Shown piece by piece: positions 26,723 through 39,792 of a stretch of 64,000 nucleotides of DNA; the stretch's first letter is position 1; each line of letters starts with the position of its first letter. The DNA lies in contig OZ193909.1 of NCBI GenBank assembly GCA_964276515.1, positions 1 through 64,000 of the forward strand, in the 5' to 3' direction. Source of the DNA: Gordius albopunctatus (lineage: Eukaryota). The notes under the pieces were generated by a model that worked only from the letters and a program-made list of their open reading frames with translations, ran no database searches and was not told the origin of the DNA. Both the position numbers and the translations under genes were made by a program.

Positions 26723-27980
26723 GAATCGAACTTGATCTTGGTCCGATTTCGCGTGTCTTATTGGGGTTGAGTGGGATTACAGATTGTTGCTGAGACGAGG
26801 AGCCAGGATCCCTAGAAACCCCTTGCGGCGGTGCTACGCTGTTTGGTTGTTGTGGTAACTGACCCATCAAACCGGGTTGCTGTTGGTCGGGGGAGAAAAC
26901 TGGGCCCGGCATTAAGACGTGTGGAAAAATCCAGCTACCGGATGGCCTACCCATTGGGCCCCCACCGAAGGGAGGCATTTGACTATCTTGCATCCCGATA
27001 CTCACGGGATCGCTAGGTCTCGGCTTTTTCGGGACCTTCTCCTCGACGAAATTCACAACGTATTGCTCCATAACGGCTCGCGAACTCCATCGGGCTAGTT
27101 CCCATACGTCCTTTCCGAACTCTTTAATCCAATTCGTCCCGAGTAACGGCGGTCCCTTCACATCCGCCACCAGCATCGACAGGCGCTTTAGGTTGGGAAC
27201 CAGCCGGACCTCGGATGTTACGTCCCCGATAATCTTTATCCCCTCGCCGCCAAACGCATACACGGCATGTGTCGAGTTTGCTTGCACGGGTAAGCGTTTC
27301 TTCCACCCGTTGGCCGGTACGATTGTAACGGTGGATCCCGTGTCCATAAGCAAAGTTATTAAGGTTTTATTGACAAATACATCAATAGTCATAATATCTA
27401 ACGCATGGCCGAACCTGATTATACTCGGGCCCGTCCTCATCGCTTCGACCGCAAATGCCTCGTCAACTGGCTTGTCAATTGTCCTCAGGCCCTCACCGAT
27501 TGCCTCCCGACCTAGGGCGATCTCCACGGCCTTGTAACACTTGAGGTCCTTTTCGGCCATCAACGCAGCCTGCACCGTTGGGTCGTAGAGCCCTAAAATC
27601 AGCTGATCGAGAATTCTGGCCGATAATTCTCCGGGCTGAAAACTGCAGTCCTTTGACACCTCTTTTAGCCTTCGGATATATCGTATGAGTTCTTCCCCGG
27701 GCATCTGTCTAATATTTCCGAACCGGAACCTTTGGGCCAGAGGGCCGGTCTGCCCCTTAAACACCTTCTTCGCTCTCCTGGTCGTTTCTTCGAACGACCA
27801 TTCGATCGGGTTATCCGGGTACGCGTCGTCCGCGATAACCTTAAACGCCTCCGCCGATAACGGACTTAGCAACCTGCACGTTTTCTGGGTATCGTACGAC
27901 GTCCCTGATTGTGCCTTGGTCTTGACCTCGAATTGCATTAGAAACGTTTCAATGGAATCTCCTAACCTGAATAACTCCAT
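26703..27980 (-). CDS. Gag plus aspartic protease plus Pro/Gln-rich tail
   Basis: 425-aa open ORF with gag motifs (QRFRFGNIRQMPGE...YIRRLKEVSKDCSF...ILDQLILGL) and protease motifs DTGSTVTI and LLGTNWI. Confidence 0.85.
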   Translation of the reverse strand: MELFRLGDSIETFLMQFEVKTKAQSGTSYDTQKTCRLLSPLSAEAFKVIADDAYPDNPIEWSFEETTRRAKKVFKGQTGPLAQRFRFGNIRQMPGEELIRYIRRLKEVSKDCSFQPGELSARILDQLILGLYDPTVQAALMAEKDLKCYKAVEIALGREAIGEGLRTIDKPVDEAFAVEAMRTGPSIIRFGHALDIMTIDVFVNKTLITLLMDTGSTVTIVPANGWKKRLPVQANSTHAVYAFGGEGIKIIGDVTSEVRLVPNLKRLSMLVADVKGPPLLGTNWIKEFGKDVWELARWSSRAVMEQYVVNFVEEKVPKKPRPSDPVSIGMQDSQMPPFGGGPMGRPSGSWIFPHVLMPGPVFSPDQQQPGLMGQLPQQPNSVAPPQGVSRDPGSSSQQQSVIPLNPNKTREIGPRSSSIHGCHQG

Positions 27981-29010
27981 GTCGTTTCTAGCGATTATTG
28001 AATTAGAAAAGTTTCAATAGAATCTCCGCCTCCGAATAATTCCTTGTCGTTTTTAATGATTATCGAAAAATCAAATGTTTCAACAGAAGCTCCTCTTCTG
28101 GATCATTCCCCGTAGGTTCTCACGGGTTCGTCCCGACGCCACTGTTAAGGACTGATATTTATTCACGTAAACTATTAGGAGTGTGATACAAAAACACGAC
28201 GACAAAACAAGTGTCTTGGCGTATATATCCAACGCCTTTATATGTTACAACCAATTAAAGCTAATTTGATCGCCAACGCGCGTCTAAATAACATCAACAC
28301 GCAGGTAACTATCGTATCCCTGGAGGCACTTTACCTCTCTACAAACACAAAAGTTTATTTTTTCTTTTTTTTCATATAAAAAAAGGTACTTTTTGAATTT
28401 CAGATAGAGCAAAGTTCTAATTTTTTGCGATTTTATTTAGCTACTTTGCTCTATCCGCATTTCCAATCAAAATTTTTAAAGGTTTTAGACAACAAATAAA
28501 TTCATGATTTAATTTTAATGACAAAATAAATATGAGAATATTAAATAGTTATTTTATGGGATGACAATATAAATACAATAGTATAAATTTATTGAATATT
28601 TTAAAAAAAAATTATGGTAGATTGGGGTTGTGTACCCTATTAAGTTAAACTATGATACTTTAAAGTATCTTTGAGGGTATAAATGTATATTATTAAATTT
28701 CTAAAACAATCATAATGATTTATATCTTTTATACAGCTAAAAATATTTACTAGGGCCATTTTGCAAAAATCATATTAATTGCAACAAATACTATTATTCA
28801 AATTTATTCATTATAAAGTAAATTATATATACAAAATAACATCAAACATAAGTACAATCAATTATAATTGTTTTTTAAACAATTAGCTCCTTTATCTATT
28901 GACATTTTTCAATAATCCTAAATACTTCTTTTGAGTAAAAATGTTACTTTATTTGTTACTAAAGAAAAAGGGAAATGAAAAGGAGTTTGTAAGTTTTTTA
29001 AGAAGTGTTT

Positions 29011-29212
29011 TAAACTCCTTTATATAATCGCGGATTAATTGAATCAATCAATTAAATTTAGTGGTGTCTCCGCGAGGTATAAATAAATCAATTACATTTA
29101 GTGGTGAATCTGCGAGGTATATTCGATTGGTCAATTAGCGTCGCTAAGCTAAGGTCATGTAAATGAGTTAATTAACGTCGCGAAGTAGTAAGGTAATTGA
29201 TGCAACACTACA
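29011..29212. repeat. About 200-bp dispersed repeat (possible LTR fragment, minus strand starts TGTAGTG); uninterrupted copy
   Basis: Nearly identical to 36610-36651 joined to 39793-39955. Confidence 0.85.
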
Positions 29213-29707
29213 AATAGTCCCCTTCGTAGAGGTGGAGCGTTACATAAAATTGAAAAATTTCTTGGTTGATGTAAAGTATATGTAAGGGATGTTCGTACTA
29301 CTGGCCAGTTTTTTTCCCGCCTACCGTGGTGATTAGTAAGGTGGCCGAGGTGTGAGTTGTGTGTGTGTGATGCTGTTGTGCTATCCAATATATTCATAAG
29401 ATCCATGCCGTGGGCAGAGGTATCTATATTGGAATTGCAATCGGTCATCAACTAAACCGGTAAGCGGCGGTGAGAACGTTGGTAGTAGGTGTTATCGTTT
29501 TCGTCCAACGTAATCTTTGCTCGTTGCAAGAGGCCATGTGGTTTTATCGTTTTTGTGATGGGCCATGCGCAGAACAGTGGTTGGACTTTCGGCAGACGTT
29601 TTTGTTGTTAAGGCGTATTCAGGGGGAGGTATAAAAAAATGGTTCCCCCGAGTTGGGTCACCAATTTTAAGTAAAACTTTTTTTTTATTTCATAATAATA
29701 AAAAAAA

Positions 29708-32700
29708 ACACTACCAACGACGGTCCCAAGTCCGTGTGAAAAAAGCGGAGGGTTGGCGTCAGGTCGGAAGCCGGCTGTAAAAAAAAGCAACTCCAAACAC
29801 CATGGCAGCTACAAATACTAACTTATACCAGAATGCTAGGGCGTCCTCCCCAAACGACGCGCATTGCATTATCCGCCCGTGCAATGTGAAAAGTATACAA
29901 GGGTCACCGTCTCACTCACAACGAAGGCGGTTAAGGAATCTAATTGTCGAACGGACAAGAGTGGCCAGCTGGAATGTGGGCACGCTGACGGGGAAGAGCA
30001 TCGAGGTTGCGCAGATGCTAAAAAGGCGAAGGATACACATAGCGTGTCTACAAGAAACGCGGTGGCATGGAACAAAAGCCAGGGAGCTAGGAGATGGTTA
30101 CAAGCTATACTACTCGGGTTCCCCATCACGGAAGAACGGGGTCGGTATAGTGCTTAGCGATTCCTCTAAGGACAAGGTAGTCGAAGTCAAACGATGCTCG
30201 GATAGATTGATGTGCGTAAAGCTGGCGGATCAAGGCGGCCTTGTCAATGTTATTTGTGCGTATTCGCCCCAGGTTGGATGTTCCGAAAATGAGAAGGACG
30301 AATTCTATGAGAAGCTCGAAAAAGAAATACTCTACTTGAAGCCTGACGAGAATCTCATCATCGGAGCAGACTTTAATGGGCACGTTGGGAAAGAAAGAGA
30401 CGTGTACGATTGAAATCACGGCGGGCATGGCTATGGGGTGAAAAATAAAGAGGGAGAGAAGTTACTACAGATGGCGCAAGCTTACGATATGGCCATTGTG
30501 AATACCTTCTTTCAGAAGCGTACTTTAGCGACGTACAGTAGTGGGGATCACCTTACACAGGTCAACTACATCTTAGTGAAGCAAAAATTTGTGGCAAGTT
30601 AAAGATTGCAAGGTTATACCGGGGAAGAAATCGCCAAACAACATCGACCAGTTGTCCTCGATATAGCAAAAAAGATTTTTCCCGTAAGGAGAAAAGTCTA
30701 CACATCAAGGACAAAGTACGAAAAGCTTAAGGATGATCGTGCAAATGAAATGTTTCACACTCGAGCTACTCCACTCTTGAAGGTTGCAGGCTTGGAGGGC
30801 GACATTAACAAAAGGTGGGGCACCGTTGCAAATGTTCTAAAGGAAGCGGCCTTACAAATATTGGCACGAACTAAGGGCGGGCCTGCTCACAAGCGTGAAC
30901 TATGGTGGTGGAATGACTCGGTCAAAGAGGTTATAGAAGAAAAGAAGGCGTTGTACCTACGATGGTACAAAACGAAGAAAGGAGAAGACTACGAGGCATA
31001 TCGTGAAGCGAAACGCAAAGCTAAGATAGCGGTCGCGATAGCGAAGAACGAGGCTTACACCGAGATGGCAAACAAGCTCGATACCAAGGGCGGCGACATA
31101 GTCATGTATAAACTCGCAAAGATCAAGGAGAAAAAAAGTCGAGATGTCGGGACACTTAAAGTCATTAAAAGCGAAGAGGGACGAACGTTGTGCAAACCGA
31201 AGGAAGTCATTAAAAGATGGAAAGATTATTTCCAAAATATGATGAACAAAACGAATGATAGAAGACCGCTAGAGAGGGTGGAACCGAACTCGAACTTGGT
31301 TTTACCATTTCAGGCTTATGAAATAGGAGCACAACTAACGAAGATGCGGAAAGGGAAAGCGCTAGGTCCCGATGATCTACCGATCGAAGCTTGGCTTGGT
31401 TGCAAAGGAGAAGGAATCGACATAATGACAGGCCTATTTAACGCTATGCTGTATGAGAGTCGTATCCCTGACCAATGGAGGGAAAGTACGATCATACCCA
31501 TATACAAAGGTAAAGGAGACGCGCAGGAATGTGGCAACTTTAGAGGTATCAAGTTGACCTGCCACTCACTAAAACTACTAGAAAGGGTGCTAGTGAAAAG
31601 GCTCAATGACGAAGTTTGTCTCTCGCCCAATCAGTTTGGATTTGTGGCCGGTAAATCAACGATGGACCCAATCTTTGCGTTGAAGCAGACGATGGAAAAA
31701 TATGGCGACATAAGAAAGAAATTACACATGGTCTTCATCGATTTAGAAAAGGCCTACGATACGGTTCCGAGAGACTTAATATGGTGGTCCCTTAGAGCCA
31801 GAAATATACCCGAAGGATATGTTCGACTTATCAAGGAAATGTATAATGGCGCGGTTGCATCTGTTAGGACTACCGTAGGAGTAACGAAACCCTTCCGAAT
31901 AATGATCGGACTACATCAAGGATCAGCGTTAAGCCCATTCTTGTTTAATCTAATTATGGATACAATAACAAAGGACTTGCACAAGCCAGCCCCTTGGACT
32001 ATCCTATATGCCGACGATATTGTCCTATGTGATGAAACAAGAGAAGGGGTTTTTCATCAGGCGAAAAAATGGTCAGAACGTTTCTCGGAATTCGGGTTAA
32101 AGGTCAGCGAGAAGAAAACGGTTTACATGCAAACGATGGGCGGTAGTCCGCAAATGCACAAAATTGACGGTCCAAGGTACACGGAGGTTGATAAGTTCAC
32201 ATATCTTGGCTCGCTATTACATCAAGAGGGAGGATGTACCGCCGAAGTCCATTCTCGGATCAAGAAAGCATGGCTCAAGTGGCGCAGCATCTCCGGTGTC
32301 ATGTGTGACAAAAAGATACCAATTTGGTTGAAAAGCAAGGCGTACAAAACCATCGTGCGACCGGTCTTGCTTTACGGGAGCGAAACATGGGCTGTAACCA
32401 GCGCGGAGGAGAAACTCTTGCAAGTCACGGAAATGAGAATGGTGCGATGGAGCTTAGGCTACACCAAGCTGGATCGCATGACGAACGAATCCTTGATGAC
32501 AAAGATGGGTATACAAGCGACGAAGGACTTCTTAAGAGAAAATCGACTGCGGTGGTACGGCCATGTATTACGAAGAGACGAAGACGATGTCACACGCCGA
32601 ACGCTGGAGATGGACGTGCCTGGAAGAAGAGGAAGGGGCAGACCACGTGCCACCTGGAAACGACTGGTCGAAAAGGATATGGACGTCAAACAGATGGAAA

Positions 32701-32788
32701 TTAGGATGGCATTCACACGACTCAGATGGAAGAGGCTGCTGAAAACGTACCCCACGTCTGTGGGATTTTCAACACGATAAAGAAGAAG
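29708..32788 (+). mobile_element. RTE-clade LINE, full length with few lesions (copy A)
   Basis: APE endonuclease (SWNVGTL, CLQETRW, GADFNGHVG) in 29802-30413 and RT (FIDLEKAYD, GLHQGSALSP, LYADDIV) in 30606-32780. One TGA and a frameshift lie between them; short (AAG)n tail. Confidence 0.95.
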
Positions 32789-33857
32789 ATGTATTTATAG
32801 ACCGTATCTGGGTACTGATACTGACCAATGAAAAAAATGACCATTGGCCAAATTGTGAAGCGAAATTTTTTTTTCGTTTTTTTGACTCCTATGTATTTAT
32901 AAGCAGTCTCTTGATACTGACCAATGGAAAAAATGACCATTGGCCAAATTGAGATTTTATTAATTTAATAAGTTTTTATTTAATCGAACTTTGACACAAA
33001 ATTTACTCCCCCCCCCCCCTTCCCCCTTAATTATATATTTATTTTGGGGTAATTTTTCCTGCTGACCCGACAGGAAAAAAGGGAGGGTTTATTATAATTC
33101 ATTAACATCATTTCACGTTAGTATATTTTTATAACTTTATTATTAATAGCATAAGTATATAATTATTATGAAAACGGAATTAAGACTATTAAATTATGCT
33201 TATAATTTTATATAATATATAATACAAATATTTTACATTTAAATTTGTAACTAATATGTTTTACTCTAAATGCAAACTTTTTAGGCATATTTATGTAATA
33301 ATTATATATTAGTCAATTTTTAAAATTTGTTTTAGTAAAAATACTTTGTGATCACATTTAAATAATAAATATCTTATTCTCCTGTTTATTTCATAATCAC
33401 GAGAAGAGTAAGTGGCTTTTGATTTTTTAAAAAATTTTAATCATGGGGGACAGGTTGCGTTATTTTTTATTAAATTTTTAATATATTTATTAACTATCCA
33501 AATATTTTAAAAAATTTTTTGAGAGTGAAGTTTGCTTCGAAAATCCATCCTTCCGCCTGATAAAGAAACTCCAACGTTTTAATTATCGAAAAAAGGATGT
33601 ACTTTGAAAATTAAAAACGGTATTCATGGGCGTAGCCTGGATTGTTCTTTTTATGCGCCTATATCTTCTGACAACGCTGAGTTAATAGAGCGAAAAACTT
33701 TTGTTATTTTTTAGTCGCTTTTGATGATTTGAAAGGAGAAGTTTTAAATTAGTTTAAAACACTTATTAATTATGTTTGTAACAAAGTTTAATTTTGATAA
33801 TTTTCTTATGTATCCTTAATGCAGGGCTCCGTCTCCCGTCCACAATTTTATGCATAC

Positions 33858-34219
33858 CAGAGACCAGAAATGCCCGGCCCGGCCCGCTGCCCGAATTTTA
33901 TTAATCAGGCCGGGCAGTAATGGTTTGGGCATGGCTGAGCCGACACTTAGAAGGGTTCAGGCGGGCAATTTAGTTAAAATTGGACCGGGCCGGGTTCGGC
34001 AGAAAAATTTAAACTACTCCGACTCTTTTTGGGACCTCATAAATTCGGGACTAACGGGCAAATTTAATATTTCGGGCCGGGCAATTCGGGTAGCTTTAAC
34101 AATTTGGGCGGGCCCCGGCGGACACTTAGATGGGTTCGGGCGGGCCCGGGCGGGCAATGAAGGTAAAAATTTAGTTGGGCCGGGTTCGGGCAGAAAATTC
34201 CCAACAAATCTGACCTCTG
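33858..34219. mobile_element. hAT-derived MITE
   Basis: TIRs CAGAGACCAGA / TCTGACCTCTG, perfect 8-bp TSD ATGCATAC, many CGGGC repeats. Confidence 0.92.
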
Positions 34220-35029
34220 ATGCATACTAATTATAGAACGTAAATATTATCCGCGAGTTCTTATCGACAACCCAATAATAGGTTATGTTGTCGTGACCTT
34301 GATAATTTATAAAAAAAAAAAACTAATCATAAAGCTTAACCATCCACTCCCTCTCTTCCCCTTTATGATATAGGCGCGGTAGAGTAACCTAAAATTAATC
34401 GATATTTTGCATATACTGAGGGTATTTATTTAGTTATATTTATCGCACGTGTATTAGCAATAATCAGATAGTCATTAGCAATTATGCATTTTACCGAGTT
34501 AACATACAGCTGATTTTTGGATTTTGACGGAATTTTAAGGATTAACACTCCCAATATGTGATCGCTGTTATATGAATCGAAAAATTAAACAGTTTATCGC
34601 GATCAAATAATTCGTGTTATAGCAATAATGTTACAGACATTGACATTAAAAATAATGATTATAAAAATGATGGACTGAGATTAAGCAGGATATTTTGCAA
34701 CTTGCAATATACAACTAATTCCAATTTTTTTAGATTACCTAAAGACGGAACCCCATACCCTAGAGATCACGACTAGACGTGGATTTTCCCTAGAATTTTT
34801 TTTAATGTATGTATTGTTTATTTTTATGTTTGTTACTGGTGGGGTCACCCTATTAGCAAGGTTCTTGGTGAAGGGTCAGACTAAAATTTCTGGGCTTTTT
34901 GAGGGAGTACTTAGTGAAATGGAAGTGCTAGATTAAGCCTATCAATAAGAGTGGTCTAAAGAAAGGTTTAATTCACCAAAATGACTGCATCATACAGAAA
35001 ACTAGGTAGTCAAGCGCAAAAATCTAACA

Positions 35030-36609
35030 TAGTTCCGTCAGGCTTGGAAGGCCGGGATATCAATACTCCCTCATTCCATATAAACCAAAATGTATACTAC
35101 AACAAAGACGCAGAATGAAAACCATAGGGCGTCCCCCTTAAGCAACGCGCGCATTCTTCGCCTGGAATGTGTGGGAAATGAACGAAGGCTACCGCTCTCT
35201 CAACAAACGGAAGCGGGTAAAGACATTAGTTTGCGAAGGATAAAGTTTGGGTCATGGAACATTGGTACAATGACTAGCAAGAGCAGAGAATTGGCAGACG
35301 TTCTAAGGAGGAGAAAAATCGATATCGCGTGTATACAAGATACCAAATGGAAGGGCCAAAATGCAAAATACATAGGGACGGATACAAATAATATTTTTAC
35401 GGTACAGAAACTCACCGGAATGGCGTCGGTATAGTGCTATCGTAAGAATTTCAGCTACTACGATAAACCAGCATACGCCCTTCAAAGTGGATGCTCTGAG
35501 ACGGAAAAAGAGTGCTTTTGGAAGGAAATTGAAGATGTTCTATCCCAATTCGGTAAAGAGGGAATAATAATGGAGCGGACCTCAATGGACACGTGGGCAA
35601 ATCAAGGGGAGGATTTGAAAGAAATCACGGTGGTCGGGGTTACGGCCTAAGAAAGAAATGAAGGAAGTACGGAAATTCTAGAAATCGCTCAAGCTTTTGA
35701 CCTAGCAATAGGAAATACCTTCTTCAAAAAGAGACAGGAACATCTTATAACGTACAAAAGCGGCAGCCGTACCACTCAGATAGATTTTTTTTAGTTAACA
35801 GTGCGCACTTAAAGTATGTTCAAAATGTTAAGGTAATACCGAATGAAATATTGGCCTGCCAACACAAGCTTTTGGTGATGGACTTTATATTAAAGAGCCT
35901 TAAAGAGCAAAAAGTTCAAAGAGTAGCCGCTACTATACAATGGAGGAAACTAAAGGATAATATCCAAAATTTTAAAGAACAAGTAATTAAACACGCTAAA
36001 TTTAAGGAAAATACTTCATTTGTGGATCAATAGAATGGTATAGCTGCAGCAATGCGAAAAGCGGGACGACAAATACTAGGTGAAAGCAAGCCCACTAAAA
36101 GAATTCTCAAGGAGATGTGTAGGTGAAATGAAGAAGTGCAAAAATATATCAATGAAAAGAAGAGATTATAAAAAGTTTGGTATAAAGCAAGGATAGTAAT
36201 GATAAGCAAGCTTACCATGTAGCTAAAAGATCGGCTAAAATGTTCGTAGCGAAAGCTAAAAACAAGGTGTACGACGATATAAATGTAAAACCTCAAAGGA
36301 AGGAGAAAGATTGATCTACAAAATCGCAAAGTCAAGGGCCCGAAATTCTAAAGATTACCTAGAATGCCGGCTAATCAAGGGTCAAAAGGGAGAAATACTA
36401 ACAGACGACAGTCATATAGTTGAAGATGGTACGACTATTATAGCGATTTATTAATTGAAAAGGGGTCTGTAGTCGAAGACACTAACCAGGAAAACACCAT
36501 AGGAGAATTAAATACAGCGGACTGGATCACGGAAACGGAAGTGAAGGTTGCTATGGGTAAACTAAAGTCAGGAAAAGCTCTTGGACCCGACAATATACCG
36601 ATAGAAGAC
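35030..36609 (+). mobile_element. Degenerate RTE-clade LINE (copy B), 3'-truncated
   Basis: SWNIGTM, ACIQDTKW, DLNGHVG, NTFFKKR and GKALGPDNIPIE, with many stops. Ends at the 200-bp repeat. Confidence 0.9.
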
Positions 36610-36651
36610 TAAACTCCTTTATATAATCGCGGATTAATTGAATCAATTAAA

Positions 36652-39600
36652 CTTAACCGCTAATGAAGATCAAAATAGCTTCTATAAATATAAATTCCCT
36701 TATGATCCAAGGCAAACAACAGATGATGTTAACATATGCAAGAAAGCATGAACTCGACATCCTTTGTCTACAGCAGACGCGAATACCTCATTTTAGGATC
36801 GACAGCAGCTCAGAGTACACCCTTTACCACGTGGGTTTTACAGATAATCAGGGGTTTCAACTTTCATAAATAAACGTCTTCCCGTTCTGAGTATCGAATG
36901 GGTAAATGAAAGTATTCTTATAATCAATCTAACAATAGGTGTACTTGTGGTGTCGGTGATAAACGTTTATGCCCCTACATCCTCCTACAAAACTAAGGTT
37001 ATTAACGAATTTTTCAGTCTTCTCTTTGAGAAAATCAAAGAATTAAGCCGCAAGTCGCTGCCAATTATAATTAGCGACTTGAATTCATCCGTCGGGCGCA
37101 CTGACAGTGACAACCATAATATAATAGGCCCTAACACCTTAGGCTCCAACAACAAAAACGGTATTATTCTAAAAAAATGGTGCAATATGGGAAATTGGCG
37201 AATTACTTCAACATTCTTAGATCTTCCCTATAATCGGCTGGCCACCTTCCGGAAAAAAAACAACTTGCAATCAAGCCAAATAGACCATCTGATCTGTAGG
37301 GCAAGGCATCTAAAAATAGTCAAAAACTTTCATGTAATTGTGGACCCCCTCACCGATTACGCCGATTATTGTGAAATAGCCGCTGAACTAGTGTTGAAAG
37401 CAGCCACCCTACGGGTTCCTTCGACACGCAAATCCCCGAAAATAAGGCCCCAAGGTCTGTCACAAACCACTGAATTTAGGGACCACCTTCACCTAAAAAT
37501 CCAAAATAATAAATCTCTCCGACCTGTTGATAAACGACCACAGCATAAAAATATCTGAAATATTTACAATTCCCTTGAAGGACCAGTGTCGAATTAGAAC
37601 AAAGACATGGTTTTCAGAAAAAACAATTGGGCTCCTCAAGACAGAATCTAACATCTACTTTGATAGAAATGAGTTTCCTTTAAAAAACGCATGCTTATCC
37701 GCTCTCAGCAAGCGGATTAAATCCAGCATCAGACAAGATAAAATTGCGTTTATTAACGCAAAAACCACAGAGGCCGAAGCGGCAGCACGTTCCAATAACA
37801 ATCGCCAGCTATTTACCATTCTAGACAGCCTTAACTATAACACATTCTCAAAACGAGCCTACAACAGCATAAACACAGTTGGCGGCTCAAACGACTCCTT
37901 GGCCCAAACCAAAGCTTGGGAAGACCATTTTCGTTCAATTTTATCGGCCCAGCCTTTATTTCCTGTAGTGAATATATACAGAGGATTTATCGTTAACTTC
38001 AAAAGCCCACCACCCCTCCACATCGATACGGACCCACCCTATTTATTTTTCGGAAATTGACAGAGCTATCAAGTCACTCAAATTCCACAAAGCGGCCGAC
38101 CCGTCAGGCCTAACCTCAGAAGCACTCAAAGCCGACCCCCATATCTCTATCTCTCTTTTGCACCACTTGTTTCGGAAAGTTTGGACGAAAGAGGTAATAC
38201 CGGACTCCTGGACAATAGGTCACTTGATAAAACTTTTAAAAAAGGAGATCCATCCAATTCCAACAACTACCGGGGCGTGACTATCATTAACCTTGAATCA
38301 AATATATTCATCAAGGTTATTTAAAATCAAATTTACAGCGAGGTGGATGAAATAATTAAAAACAATCAAACAGGTTTTAGGAAGTGCCGCACGATGACAG
38401 AGCACATAATAACTTTAAGGAACATAATGGATATCTCACGGACAAGCGATTCCCCCCTGGTTCTTGTGTTTTTAGACATCGCTAAAGCTTTTGACTCGCT
38501 GTGAAATCTATACATTTGGGAAGCGCTATGCCTCTTAGGCTTGCCTAAGAAAATAACTCTCATGATCTTTCTACTCTACGAAAACATGAAACTAGTTACC
38601 TCCCACCTCCACCACAAATCGGAACCCTTACCAGTAACATCTGGTGTCAGGCAAGGCTGTCCGCTGTCCCCTCTCCTCTTTATAATTGCGATGGATCTAA
38701 TAATGAAGAGATCCACACTTCCGACAGATGGTATCAAACTAAACGGCAAAACTCTATCATCCCTGTTGTTCGCAGACGACATTTGTCTAGTGGCCCCTTC
38801 TATCTCCAAAGCACAACTAATGTTAGACAGGTTCAGCATCCAAGCCAAGCAAGCAGGACTGTTTATAAACCCCGACAAATGCTCAATGATCTGCATAAAC
38901 GATCCTTCGAACTCTACTCTGGTAATAAACAACAACGTAATAAATGCATCTCAAAAAGTCCGATATTTGGGATTGGAGCTTACTCCAGATACCTACGCCG
39001 AAGCGGATGCCGAATCGAAGCTCCGTCGGACCATGGTCAAATTCTACTCTTGCTTGGTGATATGGCGCTCACGTCAACTGACGCTCCAGACGCGTTTGAG
39101 AATTTTCAAAGTCACGATCCTACCAATCCTCCTTATAAGGTTGCGAATCTTGGTCGCTGAAGGCTCCTAGCTTAAAGAAGCTGCAAGTCAGTCTTAATAA
39201 AATGCTACGTATCGTTTACCGGATATTTTATCCGTTGAGAATAACCAACGAGGATCTATGGGTACGTTGCGAAATCGCTCCAATTAAAAATATTCTACTC
39301 GCGAGAAAATGGGGTTTTTTGGCACATCAAGTGCGGAGGAAGGGAACCAACTACTGTCTATCTTCCCTGTTCTGGTGTCCACCCCAGCTAAAAGGTCGCA
39401 AATGCAATGGCAGCTGGCTTTACAAGGTGTTCCGCGATGTCCAAACAATGGGTCATGATTTGAATTCATTGCTGCCCATCATGCAAGACAAGAAACGTTG
39501 GAAAGACTTCTCAAAGAGCAAATTATTGCGGCTCCCCCAGTAAGGATCTCCTCACACACTATTCATTTACGACCTTATCATTAAATGCTTTACATTACTT

Positions 39601-39792
39601 TCAAGTCAATAGGTATTACATATTTACATGTCATAATTACACTGCATGTTAACCATTTTTTTACAGCATACTTACACACGTTATCACTAACGTGGCCTGA
39701 TGCGCCATTTGGCGTTAGAAGGGGCTCAACCTTAGATTGCAATAACTAAGCTCTTGGGCGTCTTCGCGGCAAACTTACTTACTTACTTAATT
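36652..39792 (+). mobile_element. Full-length single-ORF APE-RT LINE (RTE/RTEX-like), decayed
   Basis: MKIKIASININSL...NVYAP...QIDHLI (APE) and GVRQGCPLSPLLF, LFADDICL (RT). (CTTA)n tail and TSD AATTAAA (36645-36651 and 39793-39799). Confidence 0.9.

Larger units (their letters stand above)
25774..28343 (-). mobile_element. Gypsy-type LTR element lacking RT, RNase H and integrase core
   Basis: 201-bp LTRs at 28143-28343 and 25774-25974, TSD AACAC, PBS TGGCGTCGGG next to the 5' LTR, PPT AAAAGGGGGGAA. Confidence 0.95.

Noticed and set aside
30957..32755. Antisense and alternate-frame ORFs over RTE copy A (likewise over other TEs and TOP1)
   Set aside because: Shadow ORFs of real coding sequence with no recognisable motifs.
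32789..32951. Two ~60-bp direct repeats, CRISPR-like at a glance
   Set aside because: Only two copies, eukaryotic context and no cas genes; a local duplication.
33850..34230. 126-aa Gly/Arg-rich ORF
   Set aside because: It coincides with a GC-rich MITE bounded by TIRs and a TSD, so it is a chance ORF.
39694..39722. Hammerhead ribozyme suggested by CTGATG plus a stem
   Set aside because: Lacks the CUGANGA and GAAA core, and the second copy has CTTATG.
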